Assembly: GCF_000172995.2 (NCBI RefSeq)
Contig: NC_014735.1
Location: 120,001 to 152,000, forward strand
Reading direction: 5' to 3'
Source: Halogeometricum borinquense DSM 11551
GTDB taxonomy: Archaea > Halobacteriota > Halobacteria > Halobacteriales > Haloferacaceae
Length of the DNA stretch: 32,000 bases
Part shown: piece by piece, positions 1-8,591 of the stretch
Position numbering within the stretch: the stretch's first letter is position 1
Layout: every line of letters starts with the position of its first letter
Notes under the pieces: model-generated
Told to the model about the DNA's origin: nothing
Databases searched by the model: none
Seen by the model: the letters and a program-made list of their open reading frames with translations, nothing else
Position numbers and translations under genes: made by a program

Positions 1-197
1 GGTGCGAGGTGTTCGAGCAGTCGTTCGAGGTCGGACATCAATCGTCGCTCGTGTTCGTTGACAATGATACCTGCCGTCGTGTGCGGGACGAAGACAGTGC
101 AGACGCCGGTGTCGAGGTCGTCCGGAACAGTCGCGGCGACATCAGACGTGACATCAACCACTTCGACGCGTTGGCCGGTCTGAACTTCGAGGGCCAT
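1..197 (-). CDS. YjbQ/UPF0047 family protein (secondary thiamine-phosphate synthase-like), N-terminal part; runs off the window
   Basis: Absent from the ORF track because there is no stop in the window. A minus-strand ATG at 195-197 opens a stop-free frame to position 1: MALEVQTGQRVEVVDVTSDVAATVPDDLDTGVCTVFVPHTTAGIIVNEHERRLMSDLERLLEHLAP. The HTTAG-x3-NE block is the hallmark N-terminal motif of the YjbQ family. Confidence 0.7.
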   Translation of the reverse strand, partial: MALEVQTGQRVEVVDVTSDVAATVPDDLDTGVCTVFVPHTTAGIIVNEHERRLMSDLERLLEHLA

Positions 198-260
198 GTG
201 CGACAATACGGGTGGAACGAGCAAAAAAGAACAGTGCGCTTTACCTCCCCCTTGGTGGGG

Positions 261-707
261 TCAGCGGACAAGCGTCACAGTGACGCGTGCCCGCCGAACA
301 ACGATTTCAGCGACACTTCCGAACACGGCTCGCCCCTCCTCGCCGCGTCCGTGAGCGCCAAGGACGATTTGGTCTACGTCCTCCGCTTCGGAGTAATCTA
401 CGATGACACGCTTCGAGTCACCGATTTCCGAGGCAGTGGCAACTGTTCGGTCGTGGTCCCCTGCGATTGCTTCGGCCTCCGAGAGCAGTCGTTCCGAGAC
501 TTCCTCAGCCCGTTCGTACCACTCCTCAGACCCCATCAACGGCTCGTAAGTCGTCTCGAACTCAGGATAGGTACCGTACCCCGGTTCGAACAGGTCAACG
601 ACGTGGAGCGCGGTTATCGACGCCTCCGGAAACTCTCCCAGCGCATACCGGAGCGCGCTCCACGACAGCGCAGATCCGTCGACCGGAACGAGGACGTGCT
701 TCGCCAT
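261..707 (-). CDS. Universal stress protein (UspA family)
   Basis: 148-aa ORF with an ATG start. It has the N-terminal KHVLVPVDGS strand and the C-terminal ATP-binding-type motif GAHGRGEEGRAVFGSVAE (G-x2-G-x9-G-S). Size and layout are typical of a single-domain Usp. Confidence 0.9.
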   Translation of the reverse strand: MAKHVLVPVDGSALSWSALRYALGEFPEASITALHVVDLFEPGYGTYPEFETTYEPLMGSEEWYERAEEVSERLLSEAEAIAGDHDRTVATASEIGDSKRVIVDYSEAEDVDQIVLGAHGRGEEGRAVFGSVAEIVVRRARVTVTLVR

Positions 708-840
708 GGAACCCCACCAGTTAGTGGTAGATGCTGGCCGAAATAGGACCTATCGGCAATTCCTATCGGCTGAGAATACTGTTCGTCGAAATCGTTAATA
801 CAGACTGTCGAACGCCACACTGCCGGTCAGCAACACGGCT

Positions 841-1176
841 TCAACGGGACTCGACGCCCAACTGCTCCCGTTGGGTTGACTCGCCGGATCGTTCGGTTTC
901 ATCGAGATACGACTGGACCGCCGCCGCGGCATCGTCTGCACTAGTGAAACTCGTACCGAGACCAACCTCGATTTGCGTCCAGTCGTCGCCGTTGCGTTCG
1001 TATACGTCTACCCACCAGTACAGCGACAGGCCACGCGAGAATTCGGTGATTTCGATGCGGAGAGTTCCGTCCGGGCGCTCGTACGTTGTCGTCTCGCCGT
1101 CGGTGTCGGCGGTCCATCCGCGCGGGAGGTCGAGGCAGTACGGGTCGTCCGTCGGTCCGTCGTCCTCGGCAGTCAT
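841..1176 (-). CDS. Small acidic hypothetical protein (111 aa)
   Basis: ATG start and halophile-type acidic composition. It lies 66 nt downstream of the Cu-ATPase on the same strand. I recognise no motif. Confidence 0.55.
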   Translation of the reverse strand: MTAEDDGPTDDPYCLDLPRGWTADTDGETTTYERPDGTLRIEITEFSRGLSLYWWVDVYERNGDDWTQIEVGLGTSFTSADDAAAAVQSYLDETERSGESTQREQLGVESR

Positions 1177-1242
1177 TCAGGGTCGAGTAAATGTTCTGAG
1201 CGGACCGCCCTAAATCACACCATCACGGCACGGGTCGCCGCC

Positions 1243-3675
1243 TCACTCGACCGACCGAGCGGAGTTGACAACGACGAGGAGGCTGCTCGTTCCCATAGCG
1301 ACCGCGGCCAAGAGAGGATTGATGAGACCGGAAATGGCGAGCGGAATGGCGACGAGGTTGTAGACGAACGCCCACGCGAGGTTCTCGCGGATGCGGCGGT
1401 GCGTCCCGGCAGCGACGGAGAACACTGTTGGAACGGTGTCGAGTCCGCGTTCGACGATGATTGCGTCGGCCGCGCTCCCGGCGAGGTCCGTCCCTGATCC
1501 GAAGGCGATACCAACGTCCGCGGCCGCGAGGGCGGGTGCGTCGTTAGATCCATCGCCGACCATGGCGACGGTGCCGCGCGAGCGGAATCGTTCGACCGTC
1601 TCAGCTTTCGCTTCCGGCGGGACGCCTGCGAACACCTCGTCTACCGCCGGGTGCGACCGGAACTGTGCGGCCGCCCGTTCGTCGTCGCCGGTGAGAACGA
1701 CGAGTTCCCGCTCTGCACCGAGTTCGGACAGCGTCTCGTCCCACATCTCCCGCGGCGCGTCGCCCACGTCGAAAACGGCGCGTGCGGACCGATCCCAGCC
1801 AACGAACACCGGAACGCGGCCCGCGTCGCGGACCGACTCGCCAGCAGACGCGAGTTCATCAGGAACAGTTACTCCCGCCTCGCGTAGGAGCGACGGATGG
1901 CCGACGACGATGTCGGTACCATCGACGCGACCCGTCACGCCACGTTGGTGAACCGTAGAGTCCGTCACGGTCGGTAAGCGGTCGGGGGCGCATTGGACGA
2001 GCGCCTCCGCAAGCGGATGTGAGGCGTACCGTTCGACCGCTGCGGCCAGTTCGAGTGCCGTCGTCTCATCAGCAGCCGCGGTCGTCACGCCGCGGACGCG
2101 CATCCGTCCGTCGGTCAGTGTCCCCGTCTTATCGAAGATAATAGTGTCCGCATCGGGTGCGTCCTCGAAGACGGCGTCGGATGCGACGACGACCCCCGAG
2201 TCGGCCGCATCACGGACACCTGAGGCGACAGCGAGGGGCGTAGCCAGCCCCAGCGCGCACGGACACGAGACGATGAGAACGGTCAAACCGTTCAACAGTG
2301 CATCCGTCGGTGACGACCCAAGCACGAGAAAGCCCGCTGTCGTCAACACCGAAAGCGCGAGGACCAGCGGCACGAATACTGTCGCCAGTTTGTCTGCCAG
2401 TCGCTGGGCACCGCCGCGGGACGACTGAATCTCCCAGAGCAGTTCGACGAGGCGATCCAGCGTGCTGGTGGCGTCGTCGCCGACTTCGACCGTCAGGGCA
2501 TCATCAGTGACGACGGACCCACCGATAACCGAGTCGCCCGGTTCGCGGGTGGTCGGAATCGATTCGCCGGTGACGAGTGATTCGTCCACAGCGGCGCGTC
2601 CCTCGACGACAACGCCGTCTACGGGAACACGTTCGCCGGGACGTACGAGGATGCGGTCATCCGGTCGGATCGATTCGACAGGTACGGATTCGGTTCGCCC
2701 GTCGTCGGACAGTCGCGTCGCGTCGGTGACGCGTGCGCTCGTCAGGTCGGTCAGACGCGTCGCCGCGCGACGCTTGATGCGGTCCTCATAGTAGTTTCCG
2801 AGTGTGACCACGAGGACGATGGCGACGCTCACGTCGAAATAGACGTGCGTGCGGCCGACCACCATCGACCCGACGCTAAAGACGTACGCCGCAACGGCCG
2901 CAAGTGCGACGAGAAGATCCATATTCGGTTGGCGAGCGGCGAGGCTGACGTACGCGCCGCGGAGAATGGGATAGCCGGTATAAAACAGGACGATAGAGGA
3001 CATCACCCAGACGTTGGCGACGACGTAGAGGCCGTCGAACGCGCCGAGATCAACGACCGGATCGAAGCCGAGGTAGGTCGGATAGAGAAACAGCACGTAC
3101 CAGACCATCACCATCATGCCGAAGACGCCGCCGCCGATGAGGAACTTCGCTAACCCGGACCCCTCATCGGTCTCGGCTGCCGCATCCGGATCGGTGGCGT
3201 CGTAGCCGTAGCGGCCGAGTCGGCCGACGAGTCCGTCAAGGTCGGTTTCGTCGGGATCGTACGTGACGCGGAGCATGTCCGTCGCGTACGACGCTTCGGC
3301 AGCGTAGACACCGTCGTCGCCGACGGCGGTCGATTCGATGAACGTCTCGCAGGTGGCACAGTGCATCCCGTCCACCGAAAGGAACGTTCGCGCTGCGTCG
3401 TCGGGAACATCGTCCGCATCGGTAGCGGCAGGGACATCGTCCGCGTCGGTAGCGGCAGCCAGTGACTGTTCGATGTCCGACTCGGCTGCGCGTTCGGGGC
3501 CGCCGAGGGCACGCGATACTTCGAGACAGCCACGACAACAGTACGCGCCGTCCACGTCGTCCGCGGTGAACGGCTCTGCTGGTGTCGGAAGCTCACAGAG
3601 CGAACACGCGTCGCTCTCGGCGTCGGGCGACTCCGAACGGACAACTGGTGAATCGGTACTCACGTCCGAGATCAC
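1243..3675 (-). CDS. Copper-translocating P1B-type ATPase, FixI/CcoI-like N-terminus
   Basis: 810 aa. P-type motifs are all present: TGES (VTGESIP), the CPC transmembrane metal site (SCPCALGLATP), DKTGT (FDKTGTLT), the HP dipeptide (SHPLAEA) and the GDGSNDAPAL hinge. The N-terminus has CSLCELP...YCCRGCLEV (C-x2-C ... CC-x2-C), as in the FixI/CcoI cation-ATPase metal-binding domain. That is followed by an HMA domain (GMHCATCE). The GTG start overlaps the upstream stop (GTGA). Confidence 0.95.
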   Translation of the reverse strand: MISDVSTDSPVVRSESPDAESDACSLCELPTPAEPFTADDVDGAYCCRGCLEVSRALGGPERAAESDIEQSLAAATDADDVPAATDADDVPDDAARTFLSVDGMHCATCETFIESTAVGDDGVYAAEASYATDMLRVTYDPDETDLDGLVGRLGRYGYDATDPDAAAETDEGSGLAKFLIGGGVFGMMVMVWYVLFLYPTYLGFDPVVDLGAFDGLYVVANVWVMSSIVLFYTGYPILRGAYVSLAARQPNMDLLVALAAVAAYVFSVGSMVVGRTHVYFDVSVAIVLVVTLGNYYEDRIKRRAATRLTDLTSARVTDATRLSDDGRTESVPVESIRPDDRILVRPGERVPVDGVVVEGRAAVDESLVTGESIPTTREPGDSVIGGSVVTDDALTVEVGDDATSTLDRLVELLWEIQSSRGGAQRLADKLATVFVPLVLALSVLTTAGFLVLGSSPTDALLNGLTVLIVSCPCALGLATPLAVASGVRDAADSGVVVASDAVFEDAPDADTIIFDKTGTLTDGRMRVRGVTTAAADETTALELAAAVERYASHPLAEALVQCAPDRLPTVTDSTVHQRGVTGRVDGTDIVVGHPSLLREAGVTVPDELASAGESVRDAGRVPVFVGWDRSARAVFDVGDAPREMWDETLSELGAERELVVLTGDDERAAAQFRSHPAVDEVFAGVPPEAKAETVERFRSRGTVAMVGDGSNDAPALAAADVGIAFGSGTDLAGSAADAIIVERGLDTVPTVFSVAAGTHRRIRENLAWAFVYNLVAIPLAISGLINPLLAAVAMGTSSLLVVVNSARSVE

Positions 3676-4475
3676 CCCAGCGGTTGGTAGACCGGAATCA
3701 TCGGATGTGGAAGGTGAATTCCGACGAGCATCAATCCGTGGGCCAACGGCAAGTAGCCGAGGACGAGAAACACCGCTCCGAGGACGCGGTGCAGCGAGCG
3801 CCGACGGCCCGCCGACAACGATCCGAGTGCCGTCCCGTAGACGAACAGCGTCGGTATCGTCCCGAGACCGAGTAACGAAAGGAGGAACGCCGCTCTAACT
3901 GGGTCAGCGGTCGCAAACGCGTACAGGTACGCGGGATAGGTAATAGGGCACGGGAGGAACGCGTGCCCGACGCCGAGTCCGACGATGCGAGTGTCACCGA
4001 CGAGTGCATCCACGCGATTCGTGAGGACGCTGCTGACTCGACGGAACGCGTTCGAGAGTCGCCCCGGAAGTCGGACCACAGAACCGGCACCGCCCCGGAG
4101 GTACGAAACACCGGTTGCCATGATGAGAACCCCGACGAGAACGCCAGTAGTGGCCCGGACACCAGTCCCGATAGCGACGACAGCATCGAGAGCGCCGACC
4201 GTGACGGCACCGATGGCGGCGAGGATAGCGCCGACCACGGCGTAGCCAGCCGCTCGTCCGAGGTTGAACAGCGTATGCTGTCTGACTTGTCGGACGGTAA
4301 GCTCGGCGTCGGTGTCGTCGGTCGCTCTGAGCCTGTCCGCGTAGACGCTCACGAGCGGCCCGCACATCCCGAGACAGTGCGCACCGCCGAGGACGCCGAC
4401 AACGAGGAAGACGCCTGCTTCAACGCCTGTCGTCGGAAGCGACGCCGAGGCCTGTGAAGAGAGCGGCGTCATCAC
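3672..4475 (-). CDS. DsbD_2 / TauE-SafE-like polytopic membrane protein with HCxxMCGP motif (probable metal or thiol handling)
   Basis: 267 aa, about 6-7 hydrophobic helices. It has GGAHCLGMCGPLV near the N-terminus and a second intramembrane Cys-Pro (HAFLPCPITYP). Its stop overlaps the ATPase GTG by 4 nt. The start is GTG at 4475 or ATG at 4472. Confidence 0.75.
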   Translation of the reverse strand: MMTPLSSQASASLPTTGVEAGVFLVVGVLGGAHCLGMCGPLVSVYADRLRATDDTDAELTVRQVRQHTLFNLGRAAGYAVVGAILAAIGAVTVGALDAVVAIGTGVRATTGVLVGVLIMATGVSYLRGGAGSVVRLPGRLSNAFRRVSSVLTNRVDALVGDTRIVGLGVGHAFLPCPITYPAYLYAFATADPVRAAFLLSLLGLGTIPTLFVYGTALGSLSAGRRRSLHRVLGAVFLVLGYLPLAHGLMLVGIHLPHPMIPVYQPLG

Positions 4476-4478
4476 CGA

Positions 4479-4679
4479 TTACGCGGTTCCGTGGTCGTGG
4501 TCGTCCTCGCCGTGTCCGTTCTCGGTGGGGGACAGGAGGAGGTACAGACTCGCCGTGATAATAAGTACGTTCACGACGGTTACCGCACCTGCCCACCACA
4601 CTCGTCCGAGTCCGAAGAGCACGACGGGGAGTAGTGCGAGTAGTGCAATCATCCCCGCAATTCGCGGCGTAAAGCGCAT
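4479..4679 (-). CDS. Small 2-TM membrane protein with acidic/His-rich C-terminal tail
   Basis: 66 aa with an ATG start and two hydrophobic helices. The tail is ENGHGEDDHDHGTA. Its stop lies 3 nt from the next gene start, so it is the first gene of the copper operon. Confidence 0.55.
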   Translation of the reverse strand: MRFTPRIAGMIALLALLPVVLFGLGRVWWAGAVTVVNVLIITASLYLLLSPTENGHGEDDHDHGTA

Positions 4680-4778
4680 ACCGGGAGATAGGAGGGCAGG
4701 TGGTTGCTGGCTTCGGTGATTCTCACTCGATTAGAATCTCCATTCTCGTTCAAGGGTTATCAGTTAATACCGGACAAT

Positions 4779-5063
4779 ATGGCAGCTGAGTCGGATACGG
4801 AATTGGACGAGACAGGCAAGACTCGTGGAGAATCGGCGCCGGTAGAGTCGGTCGTCAAGCCGGATGCCGACGACCTGTCCGAGCAAAGAGGGTACGTCAT
4901 CGGATCGGGACGGACAGGAATCGAGCGACGAATCGGGCACGACGACTTCGATCCGGTTGGAACGCTCGTCCTCATCGGCGTCTACATGGCGATACTGGCG
5001 GTGATGTGGGTGTTCATGTACTTCGTCGAATTCCTCGGCGGCGACCTCACGGTAATCGGGTGA
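4779..5063 (+). CDS. Small ba3-oxidase-associated subunit (CbaD/subunit IIa-like): acidic N-terminus plus a single C-terminal TM
   Basis: I prefer the internal ATG at 4779 (MAAESDTELDE...) over the track start at 4704, whose first 25 residues are non-acidic and fall in the divergent promoter gap. It has a single TM helix (LVLIGVYMAILAVMWVFMYFVEF). The stop is 4 nt before cbaB. Confidence 0.6.
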   Translation: MAAESDTELDETGKTRGESAPVESVVKPDADDLSEQRGYVIGSGRTGIERRIGHDDFDPVGTLVLIGVYMAILAVMWVFMYFVEFLGGDLTVIG

Positions 5064-5067
5064 CACG

Positions 5068-5583
5068 ATGGAGATACACAAATACGAAAAAATCTGGCTC
5101 GCGGGTGCATTGCTTCTTATCGTCGGATTCATCGCGACCGTCTCGTACGGAGCGGTCGGTGCTGGCATCGAGATGATCGACAACGAGGGCGGGCAAGTCG
5201 ATCCGAAAGCGCTCGATCAGCATCCGAAGTTCAGCGAACCGGGAACGTACAAAACCGGGCCGAACCAGTACGATGTCTACGTTGTCGCCCAGCAGTTCGC
5301 CTACCTCCCGGGAACGAGCGACCCCATCCGGGTCCCAGCGAACTCTGAAGTGACGTTTCACGTCACATCGCGGGACGTGATTCACGGCTACGAAATCGTC
5401 GGAACGAACGCGAACACGATGGCGATTCCCGGGCAGGTGTCGCAGATGACCGTCAAGTTCGACGAGGCCAAGGAGTATGGCTTACTGTGTAACGAGTACT
5501 GCGGCGCGGCCCACCACGCGATGGAGGGCAAAATCGTCGTCGTCCCCGAAGACGAGTGGAACGAGAGTATGGTGGTGAACTGA
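5068..5583 (+). CDS. cbaB: Cytochrome ba3-type oxidase subunit II (CuA subunit)
   Basis: 171 aa with one N-terminal TM and a cupredoxin fold. CuA ligands are HVTSRDVIHGY ... CNEYCGAAHHAM (H...C-x3-C-x3-H-x2-M). The short single-TM form is typical of B-family oxidases. Confidence 0.9.
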   Translation: MEIHKYEKIWLAGALLLIVGFIATVSYGAVGAGIEMIDNEGGQVDPKALDQHPKFSEPGTYKTGPNQYDVYVVAQQFAYLPGTSDPIRVPANSEVTFHVTSRDVIHGYEIVGTNANTMAIPGQVSQMTVKFDEAKEYGLLCNEYCGAAHHAMEGKIVVVPEDEWNESMVVN

Positions 5584-5584
5584 G

Positions 5585-7306
5585 ATGGCTACGTTCGTAG
5601 ACAGATATCCTGACGAAGCAAAGGTTGTACAGGCGTCGCTCGCAGTGGCGTTTATCGCGCTGGGCATCGGTGCCTTCTTCGGACTGATACAGGCGCTTCA
5701 CCGCACGAACATCATCCGCATCATCAGTTCAGTGGATTACTACACGGTGCTGACCGGACACGGAGTCCTCTTAGCTCTCGTGTTCACCATCTTCTTCCTC
5801 GTCGGCCTGTTTACGTGGGCCGTCACACGGAGTTTAGAGCGGCCACTTCCGGACATACGCCTAACGTGGGCGTGGTTCGGTCTGATGACGACGGGTGCGA
5901 CCATCACTGCGGTCACGATCCTCGCCGGATTGTTCCCGGATATCCCGATGAGTGCGGACGTACTCTACACGTTCTACGCGCCGTTGCAGGCGCATCCGGC
6001 GTTCTATATCGGGTTGGCGATGTTCATCATCGGTACGTGGATGGCGGGTGCAGACTGGTTCCTCGCTTACCGTGAGTGGCGTAGCGAGAACCCGGACGAA
6101 CGAATCCCGCTACAGACGTTTATGGTGCTGACGACGATGATCATGTGGTACATCTCGACGCTCGGCGTCGCCGTCTCCGTCGTCTTCTTCCTCATCCCGT
6201 GGTCGATGGGACTCGTCGATTCGGTGAACCCATTGCTCACCAGAACGCTGTTCTGGTACTTCGGCCACCCCGTCGTCTACTTCTGGCTGATGCCTGCGTA
6301 CCTCATGTGGTACACGGTCCTTCCGAAACTCTCCGGGGGACGACTGTTCAGTGACCCCCTCGCGCGAGTGGTGTTCGTGTTGTTCCTCCTGCTCTCGACG
6401 CCTGTCGGTATTCACCACCAGTATCTCGACCCTGGTATCGCGGAGGGCTTCAAGTTCATCGCCATGACGAACACGATGTTCCTCCTCCTCCCGTCACTTC
6501 TGACCGCATTTACTGTCGTCGCCAGCATGGAACACGGTGCGCGCCAACGCGGCGGTGAGGGATACCTCGGATGGCTCGGCACACTTCCGTGGCGCGACCC
6601 GGCGTTCACGGGGATGGCGCTTGCGGGACTGATGTTCGCCGCCGGTGGCTTCTCCGGCATGATCAACGCCGGGATGAACATCAACTACCTCATCCACAAC
6701 ACGATATGGGTGCCCGGTCACTTCCACATGACCGTCGGCACCGCCGTCGCGCTCACGATGATGGCGGGCACGTACTGGCTCCTCCCGCAGATAACGGGCA
6801 AGAAAGTCTACAGCCGACCGATTGGCCTCTTGCAAGTCGTAATGTGGTTCGTCGGGATGGTGTTCATGTCTAACGCGATGCACCGCGGCGGACTGCTCGG
6901 TATTCCCCGCCGGACCGCCGAACCGCAATACACGAACTTCGACTTCGTGACCGCTATCGGGAGTATCTGGGAGATTCGAGTACAGATCGCACTCGGCGGG
7001 ACGTTGCTGTTCATTAGTGTCGTCCTGTTCCTGTTCAACGTCGCCGCGACGTGGGCCGACGACCGGTCCGAGACGCCGGTGGATGACTATCTCCCCGAAC
7101 CGCTCTCCGATGCGAGCGGGTCGCCCGTCATCCTCGACAATCTCGCGCTGTGGACGGGAATCGCGGTCGTTCTCGTCATTCTCGCGTACACGCTCCCACT
7201 CGCCAGCATCATCGGTGATGCGGGAATCTTCGGGAGTAGTCCCGTCTTCCCAGCGAGTATTAGCCTCGATGCGGTCGTCAACGCCATCACGGGGGTGATC
7301 AACTAA
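5585..7306 (+). CDS. cbaA: Cytochrome ba3-type (B-family heme-copper) oxidase subunit I
   Basis: 573 aa, about 13 TM helices. It carries GHPVVYFWLMPAY (CuB His/Tyr helix), IHHQY (CuB His pair) and VPGHFHM (heme ligands). The start is 1 nt after the cbaB stop. Confidence 0.95.
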   Translation: MATFVDRYPDEAKVVQASLAVAFIALGIGAFFGLIQALHRTNIIRIISSVDYYTVLTGHGVLLALVFTIFFLVGLFTWAVTRSLERPLPDIRLTWAWFGLMTTGATITAVTILAGLFPDIPMSADVLYTFYAPLQAHPAFYIGLAMFIIGTWMAGADWFLAYREWRSENPDERIPLQTFMVLTTMIMWYISTLGVAVSVVFFLIPWSMGLVDSVNPLLTRTLFWYFGHPVVYFWLMPAYLMWYTVLPKLSGGRLFSDPLARVVFVLFLLLSTPVGIHHQYLDPGIAEGFKFIAMTNTMFLLLPSLLTAFTVVASMEHGARQRGGEGYLGWLGTLPWRDPAFTGMALAGLMFAAGGFSGMINAGMNINYLIHNTIWVPGHFHMTVGTAVALTMMAGTYWLLPQITGKKVYSRPIGLLQVVMWFVGMVFMSNAMHRGGLLGIPRRTAEPQYTNFDFVTAIGSIWEIRVQIALGGTLLFISVVLFLFNVAATWADDRSETPVDDYLPEPLSDASGSPVILDNLALWTGIAVVLVILAYTLPLASIIGDAGIFGSSPVFPASISLDAVVNAITGVIN

Positions 7307-7515
7307 TGCGTCGTCGTTCACCCGCGCTGTTCATGGTACTCGCAGCGTTCACCATCCCAGTCGCCGTCGAGATGCGGACAGTTTTCGGATTCTTCGGTAT
7401 CGACCTGCCGCTGGCCGCCGTTGCCGGGTTTGAGGTGCTGTTACTCGTGGGGCTACTCGTCATCTACCTCCTCGGGGAACCAGAATCGACAGGAGACTCA
7501 GCGTCGCCCCGGTAG
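7306..7515 (+). CDS. Small 2-TM membrane protein, translationally coupled to cbaA (possible accessory oxidase subunit)
   Basis: 69 aa. Its ATG overlaps the cbaA TAA (TAATG). It has two hydrophobic helices and an acidic tail. Confidence 0.55.
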   Translation: MRRRSPALFMVLAAFTIPVAVEMRTVFGFFGIDLPLAAVAGFEVLLLVGLLVIYLLGEPESTGDSASPR

Positions 7516-7546
7516 TGCCTGCTAAGACACCAATTCTTCGTATCGA

Positions 7547-8209
7547 ATGACAGAAACAATATCAGGCCCGGACGCGCTTGCTCGACGGCCAACGCGAACG
7601 CTCCGCCTCCTCGCGGGACTCATCGCTGTCGAGATACTCTTAGTTGGCGTATATCTCCTCACGACGGAGGCAGCCGTTCTTTCCGTTCGATACGTCCTCT
7701 ACCCGTTCGTCTGGGTAAACCTCGGCGTTCTCGCCGTCTACTCGGTGGACGTTCCACGACCGTCCGGCCGACGAACCGCCGCTGCGACCGTCGTCGCAGT
7801 GCTCTATTTCGGCGTCCTTGCGTGGACAACAGGACTCGTCGGGCCGGGGAGCGGTGCAGATCTCTCGGTTCGTCTCGTTGGAGCCATGCCCGGATGGGGG
7901 CCGATTCTCCTCGTCGGTGGCCCCGTGAATCTCACCCTCGTTCCGTTCGAAGTCGTCGGCTACGTCTGTCTAACTGCGCTCGTCTACGTGAGCCTCGTTC
8001 GCGCGACAGCGGGGGTCTTCTCCGGGATTCTCGGACTGGCGACGTGCGTGAGTTGTGTCGGTCCCGTCATCGCTGGTGTTTTCTCCGGCGTCCTCGGCGG
8101 TGCATCGACTGCGCTCGCCGGAAGTATGAGCGGTGCCTACGCGTACGACCTCTCGACGGCGTTGTTCGTCGTTACTGTCGGGATACTCTGGTATACGCTT
8201 CGGGAGTAA
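7547..8209 (+). CDS. Polytopic membrane protein with intramembrane C-x2-C-x-G-P motif; last gene of the oxidase operon
   Basis: 220 aa with an ATG start and about 6 TM helices. The motif LATCVSCVGPVIAG sits inside a hydrophobic helix. It lies 31 nt after the preceding gene on the same strand. Confidence 0.7.
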   Translation: MTETISGPDALARRPTRTLRLLAGLIAVEILLVGVYLLTTEAAVLSVRYVLYPFVWVNLGVLAVYSVDVPRPSGRRTAAATVVAVLYFGVLAWTTGLVGPGSGADLSVRLVGAMPGWGPILLVGGPVNLTLVPFEVVGYVCLTALVYVSLVRATAGVFSGILGLATCVSCVGPVIAGVFSGVLGGASTALAGSMSGAYAYDLSTALFVVTVGILWYTLRE

Positions 8210-8248
8210 TTTCGAGGATATATCGCTATCTCACCGAATATCGACACC

Positions 8249-8476
8249 TCACCGAATCGTGGTGGTACGGCGGACAGCGAATGCAGTAAGGAGAAGGAGG
8301 AGACCAAAGACGAGCGTCATACCTAACTCGGCCGAAAGCGTTGCGAGCCCCTCGATCGATTCGAGAATCGCGTATCCGGCAACTGCCGTGAGTGCGACGC
8401 CGAGGACGACGAAGACGCCGAGTGCAGCCTTGATTGGGTCGATGCCGACGGAACGTTGTGATTGACTGTGACTCAT
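8249..8476 (-). CDS. Small hypothetical membrane protein
   Basis: The track ORF 8249..8506 begins at a TTG. The first ATG is at 8476 (MSHSQSQRSVGIDPIKAALGVFVVLGV...). Two hydrophobic helices. No recognisable family. Confidence 0.45.
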   Translation of the reverse strand: MSHSQSQRSVGIDPIKAALGVFVVLGVALTAVAGYAILESIEGLATLSAELGMTLVFGLLLLLTAFAVRRTTTIR

Positions 8477-8591
8477 CTCAACTAGAGAGTCGAGAGCGGA
8501 CACCAAATAGAGCCAAATTCGTTCTCAGAAAACGGGAATCGCGCCATACCATCCTAAGTATCGAGGACGCATAAACGGGCCTAGCGTGGAT

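Noticed and set aside
9-746. 245-aa plus-strand ORF spanning the window start
   Set aside because: It is antisense to two well-supported minus-strand genes (YjbQ-like and UspA). Its Arg/Ser-rich, non-acidic composition is typical of spurious antisense frames in GC-rich DNA.
1215-3644. Multiple 100-190-aa ORFs in other frames across the ATPase gene (for example 1391..1951 and 3338..3898 on the plus strand)
   Set aside because: All are nested in or antisense to the P-type ATPase and DsbD_2-like genes. They show the Ser/Arg/Pro/Thr-rich composition of off-frame translation of GC-rich coding DNA.
6494-7321. 275-aa minus-strand ORF
   Set aside because: It lies entirely antisense to cbaA, which has unambiguous heme-copper oxidase motifs. 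Its Arg/Asp-rich low-complexity composition is not protein-like.
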